A DNA stretch of 64,000 nt from Dicyema japonicum (GCA_011109175.1 RDEW01000009.1:826875-890874), one strand, 5' to 3'. Shown: positions 12,680 through 25,596, numbered from the stretch's first letter. Program-made: numbers and translations. The notes: generated by a model not told the origin, from the sequence alone.

Positions 12680-14880
12680 CGTCAAGTCTTCTAAGATGTG
12701 TTTATCCTGTCGGCTAGTCAAAATTCGGAGGCGTGGAATCTCCTGGTCTGCTTGTGGAGATTTCTTCCACCTCGGGTGTACCAAGCTATCTATAAGTTGC
12801 AGCGAGCGTGGTGGGCTCGACGGAATGAAATCTGAAAGATCTAACCTCATTATCCATAGGAGACCAGTGACATCGTCATACGAATTCAATTACTTCATTT
12901 ATGAACTGGATTTTGTATGTAGTACTTCCCGAAGTTATCCGCCATGTCCTTGTCCACCGCCAATTTGATAGCCTTCGATAAGAAGGGCGGCGAAGTACGA
13001 CCGGTTGTCGGCCTTCCGAAGACTGGCTGCATTGTCTCCAGACATTCTATTCCACTTGTCACACAATTCTTGAACCCACCTCAAATAAGCTTCGGTGTTC
13101 GCCTGGGATGCAAGCCGCAGTCAATTCAGTGAGGACATTCCTAAACCCCAATATAGAAGATTCCCGGGGAATGTCCTGATAAAACTGGACATTAAGAATG
13201 CCTTCAATAGTCTAAGAGTGACAATATCTTGGAGGCGTATATTGAGAGATTCCCTAATATTTTCGAATTTGTGAATCAGTCATACAGTCTATCTATCCTT
13301 ACTTTTCGGGGGTTACATAATCCCTTCGTATTCCGGCGTGCAACAAGGAGATCCCTATTGTTTTGTCTTGCAATAGAGAAAATCACCAAACCTCCGTGCT
13401 CGCCCCTCAACCTATGGTATCTGGATGATGAAGTTTTCGGAGGATCCTCAGATATTGTTTTCCTGGATTTGGAGGTTAAAATTCCAGCTCTTTCGGAAGC
13501 TGGACTGAAATTAAATTATAATAAATGCGAAATCTACAATTGTGGACTTTCAGAAAAGAAGTATTCAAAAGCTTAGTCATCTTTCGCGAATTTACTACTT
13601 TAAATTATTTCTATACCCGGTGAAGATCTTATATTCCTCGGACCCCCAATCACCATAAATTCAATGGAGAGAGTTATACGTGATAAATGACGGTTACTCG
13701 GAGAGATTCTGAACCTCTTGTGTCGACTTGACATGCGTACATCATTATTCCTCCTGAAAAACAGTCTCAACATACAGAGGCTTCCATAGGTTTTGAGGAC
13801 TGCTTCTATTTTACCCGATGTGACCAACTAGCACAGATTAACGGGATTTTCCGTACGACAGCGGAGCGTATCTTCAACGTTCGATTCGAGGATTACTCAT
13901 GGAAGCAAGCCACTCTGCCAGTGAGACTCGAAGGGTTTGGAATTAGTAACCTTGTAGACGTTTTTCTCCCTGCATATCTATCGTCGCTAATGGCCTGTAA
14001 CATCCCTGTCAAGAGGATTCCCTGAATTCTCTATTGACCAGGACGCCACCCATGCTCGTGAGGCCTGGAGCTGTAGTTATCAGCTTTCCCTGGTTTCCGC
14101 ATCTCTCAGCGGGGTCTGGAAGATGCTGATTGCTAAAATTCTTTAGAAGTTTCATCTGGCCAACATCGCCGTGCCTGTTTGTTGTCGGGGGAGTCTTCCG
14201 ACAGCGATGCCTGGTTCAACGTCATTCCCAATGGAGTTTTGGGTACCTTTCTGATTGATGACTACGTCCGTATTGGGATCTCATTACGACTGGGATTAAA
14301 AGTCTGTGTTCCACATCCGTGCCAATGCGGAAACCTGATCGACTGTTTTTGCATACACCCTCTATCCTGCAGGAAGAGTGCAAGTAGAAGATTTCCCAGA
14401 CACATGGCCTTGAACGAAGTAGTTAGGCGAGCTTTGGACGCCGCCGGACACCCTCTATGCTCGAACCAGTCGGTCTTTGCAGGCGTGACGGAAAACGCCC
14501 AGATGGAATGACAATCTTCCCTTTTAAAGTCAAGAATCCTCTTATCTCGGACGTCACTTGCACCGACACGTTTGCCCATTGCAACCTACTCCAAAGTGCC
14601 TCTGGAGCTGTTCTGCCTCTGAGAGGGCCGAGAGGTTGAAACTGCCAAAGTACACGGTCCTACCCAATGATTTTTTTCTGCGTTTCAATCGCCATTGATA
14701 CGTCTGGTTCCCTTGCGCCTGCGACGCTGAATTTTTTAGTCGTCAAGGAAATCAGATTTTACATGATCAGAGACCCCGTGAGAGCTGCTGGTTATTTAAG
14801 CGAATCTCGCTCGCCATCCGAGAAAGAGACCATTCACCTGACAGAAATTAGCCAGTAGTGTTCCTGGAGTGTTTCTTCCC
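12680..14880 (+). mobile_element. Decayed CRE-like non-LTR retrotransposon (second subfamily)
   Basis: LIAFDKKGGEVRP, PLNLWYLDD, PHPCQCG..HPLSCRKS..RHMALN and LEPVGLCRRDGKRPDGMT (RLE). Confidence 0.8.
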
Positions 14881-15384
14881 CGTCCATGTTTGCCGATGAA
14901 CGATTCCTCTCCATCGCGTCGTATTTCAACTTTTGCGTTAAAGTCTCAGACAATAAATATCAGCGATGAAGTTTCATGTTCTGAGTAAGTCCTTAATAAT
15001 CGACACTAGAAGTCATCCAGTTCATTAGGGTTTGCAATAATCTAATACTATGTTAGCATACACGTTAATGATTTTCATGTAGTTTTTGGCAGGGCACATT
15101 TCATTCATCCTGATTTGCAGGACATTGATCTTGTCATACTTGTCAAAATTGATTTATTCGAGGAACAAGGTGGTCATGGACCGCAAAACCTTGTTCGTAA
15201 TGTTTCGATTCACTAGGAAAGAGAATTAGTTCATGGGTTCCATCCATCAGAGACCTTCGTTTCTTGAAGGCATCCGATAGAGATGTGGTACTTCTTTAAA
15301 TCATCGCACAGTGCTTTCCTCATCCATGTTTTCGAGATCCCTCAGACGTTAAATAAGAGTGGAATAAGGTCATCCAACTGAGTC

Positions 15385-16560
15385 TTGTGTTTTTTCTGTT
15401 CTTAGCCAGATCCCTCAGTGTGTCCAGGTCGTCACCAGCTGGCAATGTTTTCTTTACGCCTTTAAGATCGTTTTGTAAAACGACGGGGAGGGTAGTTCTT
15501 GGTCTACCACGAAAGCGTTTTACATGGGAGGAGTAGTAATCTTCTATGGCGATATTCGGGGGGATGTCGGGTTCAACCTCAGGACGTGTCCAAAGAGTCT
15601 CCAACGAGAGCTTATGATCTCGAGACTTATTGCTGTACAGTCACACATTTTGTACAGTCCTTTCCGCGATATCTTGGATGGCCAGAACATTCCAGTTATG
15701 TTTCTAAGATGATTCCAGTGAAACGAGTCTAGCCTCTCTAATTCCTCTTTTGAGGTGGCCCAGGTCCCAGTGTTGTATAAAAGGATTAGTTTGATAAAGG
15801 TATCTTATAACATTATCCTTTGTTTTGTATTATAACCTTTCCGTTTTAGCCATAGGTTTTTCAGCCTGTGTATGATATCTTCACATCTCCTAATAGGTAG
15901 CCAAGTTTCTTTGTGTGTCCTTCAGATGAGAGCAGATGTATTTTGGTAATTTTTGACTGTATCTGGATGAGAGATCAGTTTTTTGTTGCGTATCCATTTT
16001 TTTTATTCTCAATATTATTATTGTTTGTAATGTTGTTATGTTTCTTATGTTTGATGCCATGTATCGCCATGCTGAAGGTGACAATAACCATTCTATGATC
16101 GCTGACAGTTGTTGAACCTTCGTATGAGCGTGCGTTTATAAGAGAGCGTTTGTCGTTAATCCGGCATATAATCAATTTGGTTATATATAGGACTAGGATC
16201 TGTATTTCGCAGATCCTTTCATTCACCCTTCAAATGCGACTGATGTCAGACGATATTTTTATGTGAATGGCGAATCTAAGACCACAGTGTTTTGAGTCAC
16301 TGGGTAGACATATTACTCGATATTTTTCATGGTTTTCATCGAGATAGTACATAATTTTCGTCTCTTGTATACAGCCAATAGAAACGTTATATCTTTCTAG
16401 GTCATCACAGAGAGTATTTCTTGACTGAGGCTTAGATATTCCTCTAGCATTGAACGTAAGAAGCTTTAAGGCAAGCATGTTCTCTCGTATCTTCTGCTTT
16501 TTAGACAATTTTCTTAACCGCTGTCAGAGAAAAAACGAGGCACGTCACCACCTCACCAAA
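15385..16560 (-). mobile_element. Internally deleted RTE LINE, same family as 2082-4822
   Basis: APE start TFNARG..IQETK, INARSYEGSTTVSDHRM and GRPRTTLPVVLQNDL, near-identical to the first copy. Confidence 0.85.
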
Positions 16561-16576
16561 AAACCAATTGATATTA

Positions 16577-17760
16577 CAGTCCGACCCCTGATTGGGGCAC
16601 CAAGTGCCCCCAAAACAGGGGTTTTATAAAACAGAGATTTTAAACATCAAAAATCAATTTTAGAAAAATAATCAGTTAATTTATCCTCAGTTATTCTTTT
16701 ACTTCTTACATTTTTCATAAAATTAAGTCGAAAATCGTAAAATTCTTTGAGCATTTCAGGAGATATGTAAAAAAAGTTCTTCTGTAACTGATCAAGAGAA
16801 TATTGCGTTTCTCTTACAATTGTTTCCATGTTATTTTTCTTTTTTTTTCGTTGTAAATATTATCGACGAATTCGTCACTTTCCCAATTCAATGTTTCGTC
16901 TACGGCATTGTTGATCATTTCTTCTGTAATGGTATCTTCAATTTTTACGGAATACGAATCTTTTCAATTTTATTCCAACAATTAAATATTAAACTGGATC
17001 AAGTTTTTCCCAGCTTTTAGAAATTAGCAGAATTACATGACGAAGGTTTATTTTGTTTATCAACCGTTTGAATTCATCATCATCCTCCTCAAAACACAAA
17101 TACTGAATCAGATAATTTGAGTAATAATCTTTAAAGGTCTTGATAATTCCCATATCCAATGGTTGCAAATACGGTGTTGTATTTTTTGGCAAAAATAAAA
17201 ACTCAATATTTGAGCATTTAATAGTTTTATGACATCCCGCATTATCAAGCAATATTAATACTTTTCTGTTGATTGTATAAAATCTTTCATTTATTCGAGT
17301 CAACCAGCTCATAAAAATATTTCCAGTCATCCAGCATTTTAAATCTGTCAAGCCAGCCGTTTGAAGCTTTGAAAGTATCAAATCCAATTTTTGAAGCCGT
17401 ATATAAGGCAATTTTCTTTATGAAAGGACCTGATATTGGAACCTTATCTTCGCGTAGTTTATGAAATATTTCAAAAACTTGATTATCGAATTTAGATTTC
17501 TCACAATAAGGCATAGTTTCCTCATCCGTGTTTATAATACCTTGTTCAAGAAAAGGTACAATTGTTTTTTTTATTCGCGAAATCATGCCTTTACTAATTT
17601 TGTATTTTTTAATTATCTGTCTTTCAGATGATTTGTTCTTCAATATCAATTTACCAATCGTTAATTTTGTTTCGTAGTTGATAACCATTCACAACAGAAA
17701 ATGTAAATAAACGTGTAAATTAAAATTATATATTTATTAATAAAATAGGGCGTTACTAAT
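16577..17760 (-). mobile_element. Tigger/pogo (CENP-B-like DDE_1) DNA transposon, copy A, deleted
   Basis: TA|CAGT terminus at 16575-16580. FKASNGWLDRFK, LLDNAGCH and LPKNTTPYLQPLDMGII. Confidence 0.85.
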
Positions 17761-17972
17761 CCTTCTTATCTCTGTGAGTTCTGTTTTCTCTCTGTTCACA
17801 GTAGGAAACCTTTTCTCTAGTACATCTGGTTCTTTTTCTAATAGGTGTTCCAGGACCTCTTTGTCTTCAGAAATTAGGTTTCATCGACCGCGTAGATCAC
17901 TTCTTCCGTCTTTCCTTGGTATAACGGTCTAAGTTCCCTCATAGCGACTTCCAAATAAATTGTGAATAATAA

Positions 17973-18292
17973 TATATAATAGCAGCCTTTTTCACGGAGC
18001 CGTGGGATTAGCTCTGCATAGGCAGGACACACACTTTATTTAAGTAAAGAAAAGTTAATTTTATCTAATCGTAGAACCAAGGAATGCTCTTCACTTCTTT
18101 GTTTTTTTCTTTTTCTTGTGTGTATGTCCTTTTGACTATCCAGTTCCGCAGTGAATCTCCACTGATGACGGCGTCACTCGTCAAGCCCTTTCCGCCTCGT
18201 AGATGCGTGGAACCTTCCACCAGGTGAACAGCAGCGAGAATCGAATTAACCTAAGTCACTTTAGCCCGACACCTAACCACTATACCACCCAG
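17973..18292 (-). mobile_element. tRNA-derived SINE inserted in an RTE RT fragment (17760-18340)
   Basis: Reverse copy of 54910-55247. TSD ttgtgaataRtaa at 17960-17972 and 18293-18305. Confidence 0.85.
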
Positions 18293-18412
18293 TTGTGAAT
18301 AGTAAGGGAGAAATGGAGTCTCCTTGTGGATTGCCCTTGATGTACTCTATTAATTAATTTTAATAAATTAAATTTAGGGTTTTAAATTAAAAAGGGTAAA
18401 AAACATTTATTT

Positions 18413-18940
18413 TTAAACATTTTTCAAATAATTTTCGATTTTTTGGATAGTCAAGATAGTTTTAGTAATATTATCATTGATGGACTCAAGATAATCTTCA
18501 AACTCATAAAGCTTAGGAAAAGAATTGATATCACTATTTAGAAAATTCCATTTTACAGATAAATTGGAAGAAATAGATTGAATATTTTCAATTAACTAAA
18601 AAATAAATTTAAAGTAGTAACTTTATTCATTTTTATGACAATATCAGCCTCCTCTGAAATTACAATTCCATCAAGTGATTTTTTAATATGTGAAAATAAT
18701 TGAACAGCTTCTTCAATCATCTGTAAATATCATTAAACCATATTTAACATGGGTCAAATTCTCAGTTTTCATTATTTCATTTTTCTGTTCCATTAATGAA
18801 ATCGGCTTTGTTTCGAATAGAGAATTAAGCGTCTTAATAACCTTGTCAGCTTCTGTTTCAGTTTCTTTATAGTTATGATCGTTAACAACTAAGAATTGCT
18901 CTCCCTTTTCATTTTTTTTAACTAAATTATTATCCTCCAT
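18413..18940 (-). CDS. Small coiled-coil protein, possibly BLOC-1 subunit 2-like; 3 exons
   Basis: Two tiny GT-AG introns give an open frame (..KMNK|LIENIQ..YLESINDNI..KIENYLKNV*). AT-tract upstream as in the other genes. Only weak resemblance to BLOC1S2. Confidence 0.6.
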
Positions 18941-19051
18941 TCATCCTATTTAACTCTAAATGAAACTAAGCACAAGACTTAAATTTTAAATCTAATATAA
19001 TTTAATTTAATCTTTAATAATGATTTAATTGTTTAATTCTAAATTAATGAG

Positions 19052-19180
19052 AAGAGCTGTTCAGGATTCTCGACCCCGCCGGACTCGTCCTCACCTTTGT
19101 CGGTCTGGGATCACTTAGTTAGATGAGAACTTTTATTTCTTTCTCTTTGACCCAGTGATCCTGGGGTAATAATAATAATT
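19052..19180 (+). repeat. Isolated LINE 3' end (stem plus (TAA)n); other copies 20620-20718, 40320-40424, 41214-41339, 51200-51281
   Basis: Shared ctgggatcact-tagttag...cagtgatcctgggg-taataat. Confidence 0.8.
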
Positions 19181-19329
19181 CTAAATTATAACAGTCTAGC
19201 GAACTTGTGTAGGCTCAAGGGATCAACACCATGCAAAGATGAGAGCCATGATTCAATTCGTCAGGATCACTTAGTTTTTTTCGGTTTAACAATGGTCTTT
19301 GGAATTTATTTTAATTTTTAATTTACATA

Positions 19330-20718
19330 AACACGAATGGCTGCTAAAAAACGGATGAGAGAACAGTGTCAAACGATAATAAATTACTGAGAGGATTCAG
19401 ACAGTACGTTGAAAAAGCTGTTGGTTTTTTTCAGTTTCACTCTACAACCTCAGTTAAAAAAATGGTTAGATGGTTCAACATGAGTCTCCCTAAGGCAAGC
19501 AAGTTATTCATTACGATTGGCCAATGTTTATCTTCATCAATAACATTTGGTAAGCGGACAAAGCTCCTGATCAAAGAACGAAACATTTGAAGAAGATCCA
19601 TCTCAAAAATGAAGACAATGTCAGAATACATGAGCTAAACAAAGAAATAGACGGACAAATCAAAGACACAAGCACAAAACAGTGGACGAAGCTATCCCTG
19701 AAGGCAGGCAAACCTGCAGAGGAACAACCATTTTACAGACCGATATTAACCCTATCCGCGGTTTCAAGAATTCTTGAATGGATAGTTGTCGATTCTATTC
19801 GAGATGACTTCCCAATCTGCCTTTCAACATAGGTTCAGAGCAAATGATTCAACTTCGATTACTTAACGACCCCATCTCAATTTATATCTGAAGGATTCAA
19901 CGCGCCGAAGCCACGTTTAAGGACTGTTCTTGTTTCTCTGGACATTACCAAAGCATTTGATTCAATCTCAAGAAAGTCTTTATCGAAAAAGATATTTGAA
20001 ACGGATATCAACCCTAATCTGAAAAAATTAAGCAGTAAAGATGGCTATCTAATTTTCGTGGGCAATTAATTTTGTGAAATCGAAGACACTCTTTCTTTCA
20101 AATGGGGCATCCCAAGGTTCCCCACTGTCACTACACTATTCATATACACGGCATGCCACAGCCAACAGGCGATAACTGTCTTCTCATTTCGTATGCGGAT
20201 GACATTGTTATTCCTGGAAGGGACTATGAAGTCGCCGATCAAATGGCCAAAGAATGTTCAATTCTTTAATCCATTGGTTAGAAGGACTATGCCTGGAAGT
20301 GTCACCCAGTAAGTCATTTGTGACCCTCTTCACTTCATGTAGACAACATTACTCAAGGTGAACTAAGACCATGATTAACGACGTAGCAATTCATTTACGA
20401 CCACACCAACCATCCTGGGATTTTTCTGCAATCCAGGAAGCTGCCAAAAAGTAATCGGCCGCAAGTTTATATCTGTCCATTTGGAAGCAGTTTTGATTGG
20501 ACGAAAACAGAAGATAGTGATGGCAATTATTCTGCGTAACAGCCCCCTCTATGAAGACATGAACAAATGCCTCAAAAACGAGATAACCACATATCCTTTC
20601 TCGAGATTTTTTTCCACGTCGATTAGGACCTCCCCTGTATTAGTCTAGGGTCACTTAATTAGTTGGGAACTTTCACTCTTTTCCTTTTAACTCGGTGATC
20701 TTGAGTAATAATAATAAC
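19330..20718 (+). mobile_element. Decayed Ingi/I-like LINE
   Basis: YRPILTLSAVSRILE, RLRTVLVSLDITKAFD, QGSPLS and YADD; 3' tail at 20620-20718. Confidence 0.7.
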
Positions 20719-21627
20719 ATACAAACACGTAATTATTGGTAAGCCACCCCTTAGAAGTAGCCTGTGAGATAGGGAAGGTCGAATGATTATTTTTCATGTC
20801 TAATTGACTACGACAAATGAGACACATGACGCCACGTTGGATTTTCTACTTAATATAATACGATCAGTCATGAAGAAGGACACCTCGATCGAGTTTTATT
20901 TCTGGAGACAATTTCGGGAGACGGTGGGATCACTGGCTTACTACTCGATGAGAGTCCTTGAATTTCATACTCCTTTCCATACTACCGAGATGATTTTCAG
21001 AACTTTTGCCTTTTCTTGTATTTGATGTAAATAGTTTTCGACAAGATGTAAAAAACACATGTGCAAATCAAATGTTACTCCCAGAATTTTCTTGTGTTTA
21101 CTAAAATGGATTTCGGCATTATCTGAATATCTTGATCACGTGAGGCCAGTACAATGTCATCTGCAAAGTTAATAGGATGTCGTTCTCGTTTTCTGGAATA
21201 GGAAGATCGAATTGAGCAATAAAGAGAATAGAGTGATCCTTGTGGACTCCATTCGGGGGAAGTCTAACAGATTCCTCCTGTCTTTTAAAGCTATGACCAG
21301 GGAAGTCGATGACAATAACTCAAGATGCCTGGTGCCTTCTCTGCTTTGCATCTCTTGTCCTCGGATCACATCCAACCGAACTGAAATAAGTGAACCACAA
21401 TTCAATCATCAAAAGAAATGCCTCTAAATACGAAACTGTTAACCTGTCGACTGTACTGTGAAGTTATTCGATTGCTGATCATTTGACCTCATCATCCAAG
21501 ATCAAGAAAGACAAGTTGGATGTACGCAAAGAAGTGAATAAGAAGGTCATGGTCGGGGACATTCGGGATGCCCTGCGTACGCTCTCCAACAATGACAAGG
21601 TTCTTTCACCAACTAAAGAAATCCTTG

Positions 21628-21983
21628 GTGCTGGAGGAGGTTACTAAGAATCCCTTGGATTTCCAAAGTTACAACCATCAATGTGCTCAAACGGGTAGAG
21701 ACTGACATTTCGCTAAAGGGAAGAATCGTAAAACACAGATTGGCGTTCTTTGGGCATGTTGTCCGCTCTGATTCACTGGAAAGAACCATTATGCTGAGCA
21801 ATATTACTGGGAAGAGAAGACCTAACCGACCAAGGACTCGGTGGCTATCCATGGTGGAAGACGTCACGGGAATACCTATATCAAAGCTACTCCAAATTGC
21901 AACGGATCGGGGAGAGTGGAGGAAACTCGTTCATGAGATCTCCAAGGGTCGGACACGACTAAATTGGACAACATAACATAACA
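21628..21983 (+). mobile_element. 5'-truncated RTE/BovB-like 3' fragment with (CATAA)n tail
   Basis: RLAFFGHVVRSDSLE..RPRTRWL..GRTRLN. 14-bp TSD at 21614-21627 and 21984-21997 (2 mismatches). Confidence 0.8.
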
Positions 21984-22424
21984 TAAAGAAACCCTCGAGC
22001 TCATCATCCAAAAACATCCACTCGCCCCGACGGATCTACGCGAGACAGAAATTGAGAAGGACATTTCACATTTAGCAAACACAACAAGTGATATACGATC
22101 TGCTATTTCATCTTTCCCACGAAGCTGCAGTGCTGGCTTAGACGACCTATGTCCGAGCCATATGACAAATCTTATTTCTGCCACAAACGGCGAATGATGA
22201 ACTCCCTCATTAATTCAATAGACCTTACAGACCGCATTCTTCGGGCTGATATCTCCGACTATGCTAGAGGACTCCTTTTTGCATGGTTCCCCATATATGC
22301 AGATCTTCGGGCAACACATCATCAAATCCAAGACTGGAGTCGAACTAGGTGATCCCCTTGGCTCTCTGCTCTTTGCCTTTGGCATCAACTGTGCAGCATC
22401 AGCGATCGAAACTCCACTGAACTT

Positions 22425-22662
22425 TTTTATCAGCCTCGTGGCGCCATCTGGCTAGTTAGTCAAAAAATATTTTCCTTCCCTCAAATGGCGTCATTGGATC
22501 CACCTTACTAAGGAAATGCCGAATGCCTGGACGGTATCAAAAGGATCCAACTATTCTTTCCCCGGGACAATTTCGTTACGTGGAGACATGTTTTGGAACG
22601 CTGGAACGAGTCAGGATCAAAAAGTTGGTTAGTTTGGTTACCCTTATCTTTGAAATAATTTT
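22425..22662 (+). mobile_element. Short non-autonomous element with pseudoknot head and 2A remnant
   Basis: Splits the CRE sequence ctgaactt/atggtac, which is contiguous at about 4946-4960. Head is homologous to 9088-9149. Confidence 0.65.
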
Positions 22663-23558
22663 AATGGTACGTGAATGATGGGACCGTCGGAGGGAATTGG
22701 GAAATTGTGGTGGCAGATGTTGAGTCCGCCATCTTTGCACTTGCAGCACTTGGGTTGGAACTGAACCCGTATAAATGTGAAATCATAAACGTTGCTTGCA
22801 AAGAAGACAACTTTTACCGTGCAGTGGCTGCGATTTCTACTTATCTCCGGGATGTCTCGGTCACCCGACTCGAAAACGCAATCCTCTATACGGCAGTAAT
22901 TTGTCAACTCTCCTGGAGGAAAAAATGAATCCTTTCAACAATTAACATCAAATTTAAAAACCCTGGACTCTTACACGTATTTATTCTTCCTCAGGAATTT
23001 TCACCTTTTTCTTCTACGGAAGCTCCATGTCTCACGACATGAACTTCTTAAGAGCCATCAAAAAAGCTGAGGACTGCTGTTTAAGAAACACTCAAAATTT
23101 CTTTTGATAAAACTGGCTGGATCCAATGTAGACTACCGCTTCGCTATGGAGGAATCGGAATACGCTCACCGAGAAAGCTGAGACCCTAAAGTTGAAGAAA
23201 TACGCATGTCTTGGTGAACAGTTCATTTTTGAACCAGTCGCCGTGGAAACGTCAGGAATCATAGGAGCCAGGTCACCGGTCCTGCTAAACAGAATCTGAA
23301 CGCTCATCGTGAAGAAAAAAATGATAGGAGAGAAAGGAGCTGGCTGATTGAGTGCATTTCCTTGCAAATCGTCAGGTGAAATCCGTTCTCAATTATGAAA
23401 AAAGCCAGTAGTAAACTGTTAGTTTTTGCGTTAAATAATTGTATTCTATCACAAAAAGTTTACATAATTTATTAAAAAATTTAAAATGAAACGAGTGGAG
23501 TTAAATTTTTTTGAATATATTTAAAAAATCAATAATAAAACATAATTAAACAAAAATA

Positions 23559-24177
23559 TCATTCCAATTCGATCTCTACTTGTTCAACTTCCATGGGTTC
23601 TTCAATAATTTTAACCAAATCTTGTTCTATTTCAAATTCTTTTTTGACTAAAATAATAAATATTGTTTATCAAATACCTTCAGGCAGCCTCAATAAATGG
23701 ATATCGTGCTCAACTTCTTTAGCGTCCATTTTAATTTCAACCTTCCTTGCTGCGTTTATTCTGTAAAGAAATTAGAATATAAACAACTTGTCAGTATAAT
23801 TTTTTAGTAACCTTTTTGCTTTTACCTCATCAACCCGTTCTATGGTATTTACTGAAATCATAATATAATATATATTACAAATATGGCCCCATAACTCAGG
23901 ATTATATTTAACAGCAAAATCACGCCTTTTCTCAAATTCAAAAACTGGGTCAACAGATAGTTCTTTTCCTCTTATTTTTCTAAATGTTTTTGTCCATTTG
24001 ACTTTTCGTGGATTTCTCTTCAGATTAAATGATTTTCGACATTTTGATCTACAAAATCTAAAAACCTTTAAAATATTTTAAATATTTTGAATATACTTTG
24101 CAATCATTCCTCACAAAAACGGTCCCATGACCAGGGTAAATATTTGATGAGCAGAAGAAACACTTGTATATTCTCAT
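23559..24177 (-). CDS. RSL24D1: Ribosome biogenesis protein RLP24
   Basis: [27 protein letters not shown]|[27 protein letters not shown]. Tiny introns; TGA stop. Confidence 0.93.
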
Positions 24178-24559
24178 CACCAAACGCACGTGATTTAATT
24201 AATTTAAACTAAAATAATTAAATTATTAATAATTAAATTATTTTAAAACGTATTTAAAATAATCACGTATTCAACCATTGAATTCAAAAAGTTATTAATT
24301 TAGAACATTTTTCTTCAGCCCCTTCCTACCATAAACACCTCAGCTGTTAGAGACCAAATGTTCAGACGTCAGCAGACCTTTTCATTATTCCATATTCCCT
24401 AATTATTCATCTTGTTGCTAACTCTCGAAACTAGAATGAAATATGTCATGACAGTATTGCCATACATCATCTGAAAATCTCCCTCGGATCGAACGGGGTT
24501 TTTGTTTTAACCGATTAATCTATCACGGATCGGTATGCTCTCGAAGATTTCAATAATTT

Positions 24560-25330
24560 AAATTTTGAAGCTTAACTACGACCCTTCTGTCCTTTTTCTT
24601 ATCGTCCTAGTTTCATTTTTGTCTGTTGTCTCGAAAATTGCAGAAAGAATTCTCTCTTTTTCCAAATCCCAACATGGGTTTCGTGATTTTCATTCAACTA
24701 TAACTTTCTAAACTGATTTAATTTATTGCTGACGGTTACATACAATCAATAAAACCTCCGGAAAGAACAATATTTGCATCCATTGACATCAACATAGCTT
24801 TTTACCGATCATTTTATCAGAACAACGATGAACTATACGTTCCTTCCTGGAGTCCCTGTTTATCAATAACAAGCATCGAAAAAATACAATTGACTCAAAA
24901 CTCTGCTCTAGGAATAATTACCGACTGTACAAAATCCACACCAACGACCACCTACACTGGGAATCAAAAATTTTCCCAATTAGGGATCACTTCAAATGCT
25001 CAGTCTACAATTCCTTGACAAGCGTAAAACGCCCGGACATCCAGGTGACTGACTTTGGGTCTCCATAAACAAAAGGAGAATTATTCTACCCTCGGTGATC
25101 AAATTCGAATTCTACGAACCATCCCATAGACTGAGCATTCTTTGTTACGCCAGAAAACAAACCACGGCTGGATATCCACTAAAGTCATCAACAAGCTTCT
25201 GGGACGTCTTCCAACAAATATTGACGGAAAGTTCGTGTCCACTTGGTGCGCCTCGGTTGTGGTGACGATATGGATTTACGCTCCTATCTGAACAGAATCG
25301 GACAATCGTCCTCTCCACTTTGCCCATCAT
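24560..25330 (+). mobile_element. Decayed Ingi/I-like LINE fragment
   Basis: QHGFR..HST, KPPERTIFASIDI and QNSALGIITDCTKSTP. Confidence 0.6.
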
Positions 25331-25596
25331 TTTTGAGGTTCTAAATTTTGACGTATTGTTCCTTAGTATTAAAATATACAGAACATAACCGGATTACTTA
25401 AGGCCGACTACAGATATATTATGTCTACAAAAAGAGTCTCTTCAAGATATCAATTGCATAAAAATGATATTTGCAACTTTAAATCTTAAAAGCATAAAAC
25501 TAAAATTAAACGTGAACTAAAAACAAATTTAATTATGAATTTGTCTTCTAAACAAACAAACAAATAGTCAAACAACGAGAGGAATTAACTTTAAAA

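Larger units (their letters stand above)
21290..23400 (+). mobile_element. Decayed CRE-like element carrying two nested insertions
   Basis: Nucleotide similarity to 1170-1780 and 4900-5480. TGVELGDPLGSLLF and FEPVAVETSGIIG. Confidence 0.75.
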
